DNA from: a cyanobacterium endosymbiont of Rhopalodia gibba
GTDB lineage: Bacteria; Cyanobacteriota; Cyanobacteriia; Cyanobacteriales; Microcystaceae
Assembly (NCBI GenBank): GCA_045159875.1
Contig: CP067995.1
Span: 1,024,001-1,088,000, forward strand
Direction of reading: 5' to 3'
Length of the DNA: 64,000 bases
Of this stretch, positions 60,861 to 64,000 are shown one piece after another. Positions within the stretch are counted from its first letter, which is position 1. The number at the start of each line of letters is the position of its first letter. Under the pieces are notes generated by a model. The model did no database searches. It had not been told where the DNA came from and saw only the letters and a list, made by a program, of their open reading frames with translations. Both the position numbers and the translations under genes were made by a program.

Positions 60861-62777
60861 AAATTGATAAAAACTAAATAAGCATAAGTATTAATATTTA
60901 TTAAATTTATCTTTTTTTGATACTTAAATTAATGTTCAAAATTAGCTTATTTGTCTAGATAAGTTATTTGTATTAATTTTGATTTTTTGTGATACTCTTG
61001 AAACAAGATATTACTGCACTTAATTCAATACTAATTATATTTTTTGGAAGAAACAACGGTGACAAGTTACTTTATTTAAGTACAGTAATAGTAATAATAT
61101 TATCTATATTTAGAGATATTAAAAACTATTTACTATTTTTGATGGTGTTTTTTTAAAAAAAATTAAAACACTACTTGGTTTAAAATTAGTCTACTTTTCA
61201 CTAAGTAGTGTTGGCAATCTTTATTAAGATTATTGATTAATAGCAGTATACCACTTAATTTTGTATTTTTTCTACATTTGATAGCTACATTTTCACAGTG
61301 GAATTGTAATATGTATCTACTCAAAATAAAGTAAACTAGAGCTAGTCTACTTTATTTTTTTATTTCTTATTAAGAGAACTCATTAATGTTAGTTTATTTA
61401 GTATTGATAATGAGTTTTTATGTCTTACTGAAATCACCTATGATTTTTTATTATTTGAATTTAATTAATTTAACTACCATAAAATTATATGTGTATATTT
61501 AACTTTTTTAAAGACAAAGTAAATTAATAAGCAATATAATTTTTTTTTAAAATTTTATATATATTCCTTTATTTTATTCTTTCTTAGGATCTTAGAAGAA
61601 TAATTTTTATCAACCATAGAAATAATATTTATTATCTCTGTACTATAATTACAACCTATTCTCTACATAGTTATTGAGATCACTGATAAAAACTTATAGA
61701 TTTGATCCAGTAATACTTTTAGCGTTCTTTTACTAAAAAAAATACTAAAATAGAAAAAATACAGATCTAGATTAAGTTAAAGACTCTAATAAAAATAAAA
61801 TTTAAATAATAATTAAATTTGACATCAAAGCAATCAAAGTTAACTTCATATCGCTTGAGCTAATTCTTTTAAAGAGATTATTTTATCTGACTGTTTTAGC
61901 TTGATTATATTTATTTTTAAATATTTTTATTGTATTGATAAATACATACTATTTTTTGTTTATAATATTTAAATTTTTAAAAACTAAGCCACTTGTATGC
62001 ATTTAGTTATTGTCAAAAACAATTACCATTTTTATTCCTTTATTTTTGCTGTATTTTTATTTTTTTTAGTAAACTTCTATTTTTCATGCTACCTTTTGAT
62101 AAAGCATGATAAAAACTTTTCTTAAATCCTAATATTAGTAGGATGTTTAGTTGGCTTTTTTTAAAACTTTGTAAAATTAATTCCTAATATCATAACTTGT
62201 GCATAAGTAATACTTACCAGAATTTATGTGTTAAAGATTACTTTATTTGAGCTTTACTTTTTAAGTAATCATTAGTAAATATTTATACTATTTTTTTAAA
62301 AAAATAAACTATAATCCTTCTGTTATTCGAGTAGTCTATATAGAAATTGTTTTCCTGATTGATTGTATTTTATGATAGTTTCATTCAGTCTGCAATTTTT
62401 TTAAAGTTTTATCTTTTTGTATTTAAAGACAACATTTCTACTTTTGTTCTTGTTCTTTAGAAAATTTTCTAGCTGTGAGTTAATTTTAATAGTTCTTGCT
62501 CTTCTAACTCTGTTAATCTAATTTTTAGGCAGGTTGGTATCTAGTGATTGCCCTTTATAAAAATACTTATTTGGGTTACATTTATTTAAGTTTCTCTCTT
62601 GACCAATAATTTTTTATTAGTATTAATATTTATTTATACAAATTTTTCTGACTTGGTAACGAACTAAGCAGAGTTAATCACCAGTTATGGAGTATAATAA
62701 AAAAAGTAGACTCTAAGACAGTTTCTAATTTTATCCTTATTTCTCCTAAATTTTAAAATTTTTCTCCTTTTTCTCTT

Positions 62778-62954
62778 ATGCAACATATTATTAAACCCTT
62801 TAAACCAGATAAACTTTATGAAGTAATTGTTAGCGCTTGTTTTTCCATTAAAGCAACCTCAAAGGAGGAAGCCAAACAAAAATTAGAAGCGTTACTCAGT
62901 GAAATTGATGCAGATCACTGGGAGTTCGAACGTATTAATGAAGCTGAACATTAA
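62778..62954 (+). CDS. Small hypothetical protein, 58 aa (below the ORF-track cutoff)
   Basis: MQHIIKPFKPDKLYEVIVSACFSIKATSKEEAKQKLEALLSEIDADHWEFERINEAEH*; uninterrupted, more GC-rich than its flanks, protein-like composition. Confidence 0.6.
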   Translation: MQHIIKPFKPDKLYEVIVSACFSIKATSKEEAKQKLEALLSEIDADHWEFERINEAEH

Positions 62955-64000
62955 AGTTAATAATCGATAGTTAATAATAAATAGTTTAGTTGCAATCTAA
63001 TCAATGATTTTTCAAATGGATGTAATGATATGCGATTAACTTTTTAGTGGCTGAATTGGAATGACTAGAAGCTAAAATAAATTAGTTTATTGTGGTTAAA
63101 CCTCGTATAGTTTCTAATAATTAGCGGTATTTTAGGGAAATTGCTATCAGCAATTATATGATAAATGGATGGTTTAAACGTTTAAAGATGAAGAAGATGA
63201 TTCCTGTTACACATTTAATTCTACTTTTGCTGAGTTTAATAAAATGAGTCGATTAGAAGCATTAGCCCAAAAACTTATTATTGCTCTGTAATCAAAGAGA
63301 TTAGGATATCTTGAAAACTCAATGATTAATTTAACTTTACTTAGTATCTTTTATTAATAAATTTATCCTTTTAAATTTTTGATTGATTTCTAAAATTTTA
63401 ACTTTAATAATTGGTCTTATTGTAATAACTTGTTTATTATTTTTAATAAAATGATCAGCTACTGCAAGAAAGATAAACTAGTCCATCTTGGTAAGTCTAA
63501 TATCAACAAAGATACTAAAGTAAACTACATTAGGTAATTTTTTTAACAAACTATTCCATTCTTTCAGTTCAATTAATAGTTTCTATTATCTCCTTTCAAG
63601 ATATTAAATATTTAAATTATTATCTAAGATTTAGTCCTCCTTTTTCTTAATGACATAATAATAACAATAGTTTATCAGGTAAGTAATCTAATTTTTTTAG
63701 TAAATGAAATATATTTAAAATTTAGGTTTTTATTATACTGATAACTTTAGTAAGTAAAGAGAAAAAAATATGGAAAATCGTAATATTTTTTTATAAATAG
63801 TTGATTTTTAGAATCAATAGCTATCTTAATATTAAAGATTATTTACCCCTCTCACTATTTAAGATAGTATTACTTAGTTTTTAATTTTTTTAAATGCTGT
63901 TTTTAAGTCAAATAACAAAACATAATCAACAAAAATATATATTGCCATAATATTTTTATTTGAAGTTATTTTTTAAAGTTTTAAAACATTAAAAATTAGA

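Overview
Low-GC cyanobacterial chromosome segment with strong signs of reductive evolution. Intact CDSs cover only about 53% of the window by my sum (~34 kb). They are separated by 1-3 kb AT-rich deserts containing readable pseudogenes (YbbN/CnoX-like thioredoxin-TPR, natC-like permease, glgX, DUF3368) and relics of IS1634, IS982 and IS1 transposases. Intact genes are icd (partial), tRNA-Val(GAC), a pseudo-orthocaspase, acpP-fabF, a fused SpmA/SpmB Gate-domain membrane protein, sufBCDS with sufR and its operator pair, an Atx1/CopZ chaperone, ddl, hisG, a DUF364 protein, pdhB-secD-secF, murD, mutS2, gyrA, gyrB, an ABC-F ATPase, miaA, ctaA-ctaB, hypC, a probable 6S RNA, hypF, tldD and an unannotated 58-aa ORF. 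The gene set and decay pattern best fit a unicellular diazotroph-derived endosymbiont such as the spheroid body/diazoplast of rhopalodiacean diatoms; this is an inference, not a proven identification. I found no CRISPR array, prophage or intact multi-gene defence system, and no clearly new multi-gene system. The most notable signals are fossil HIP1 sites all mutated at the methylatable C, a 9x18-bp repeat expansion inside gyrA, perfect long palindromes, a retained HLR1 (RpaB) box, and the pattern of what is kept versus lost (the Gate-domain transporter and pseudo-caspase are kept, amino-acid recapture and glgX are lost).
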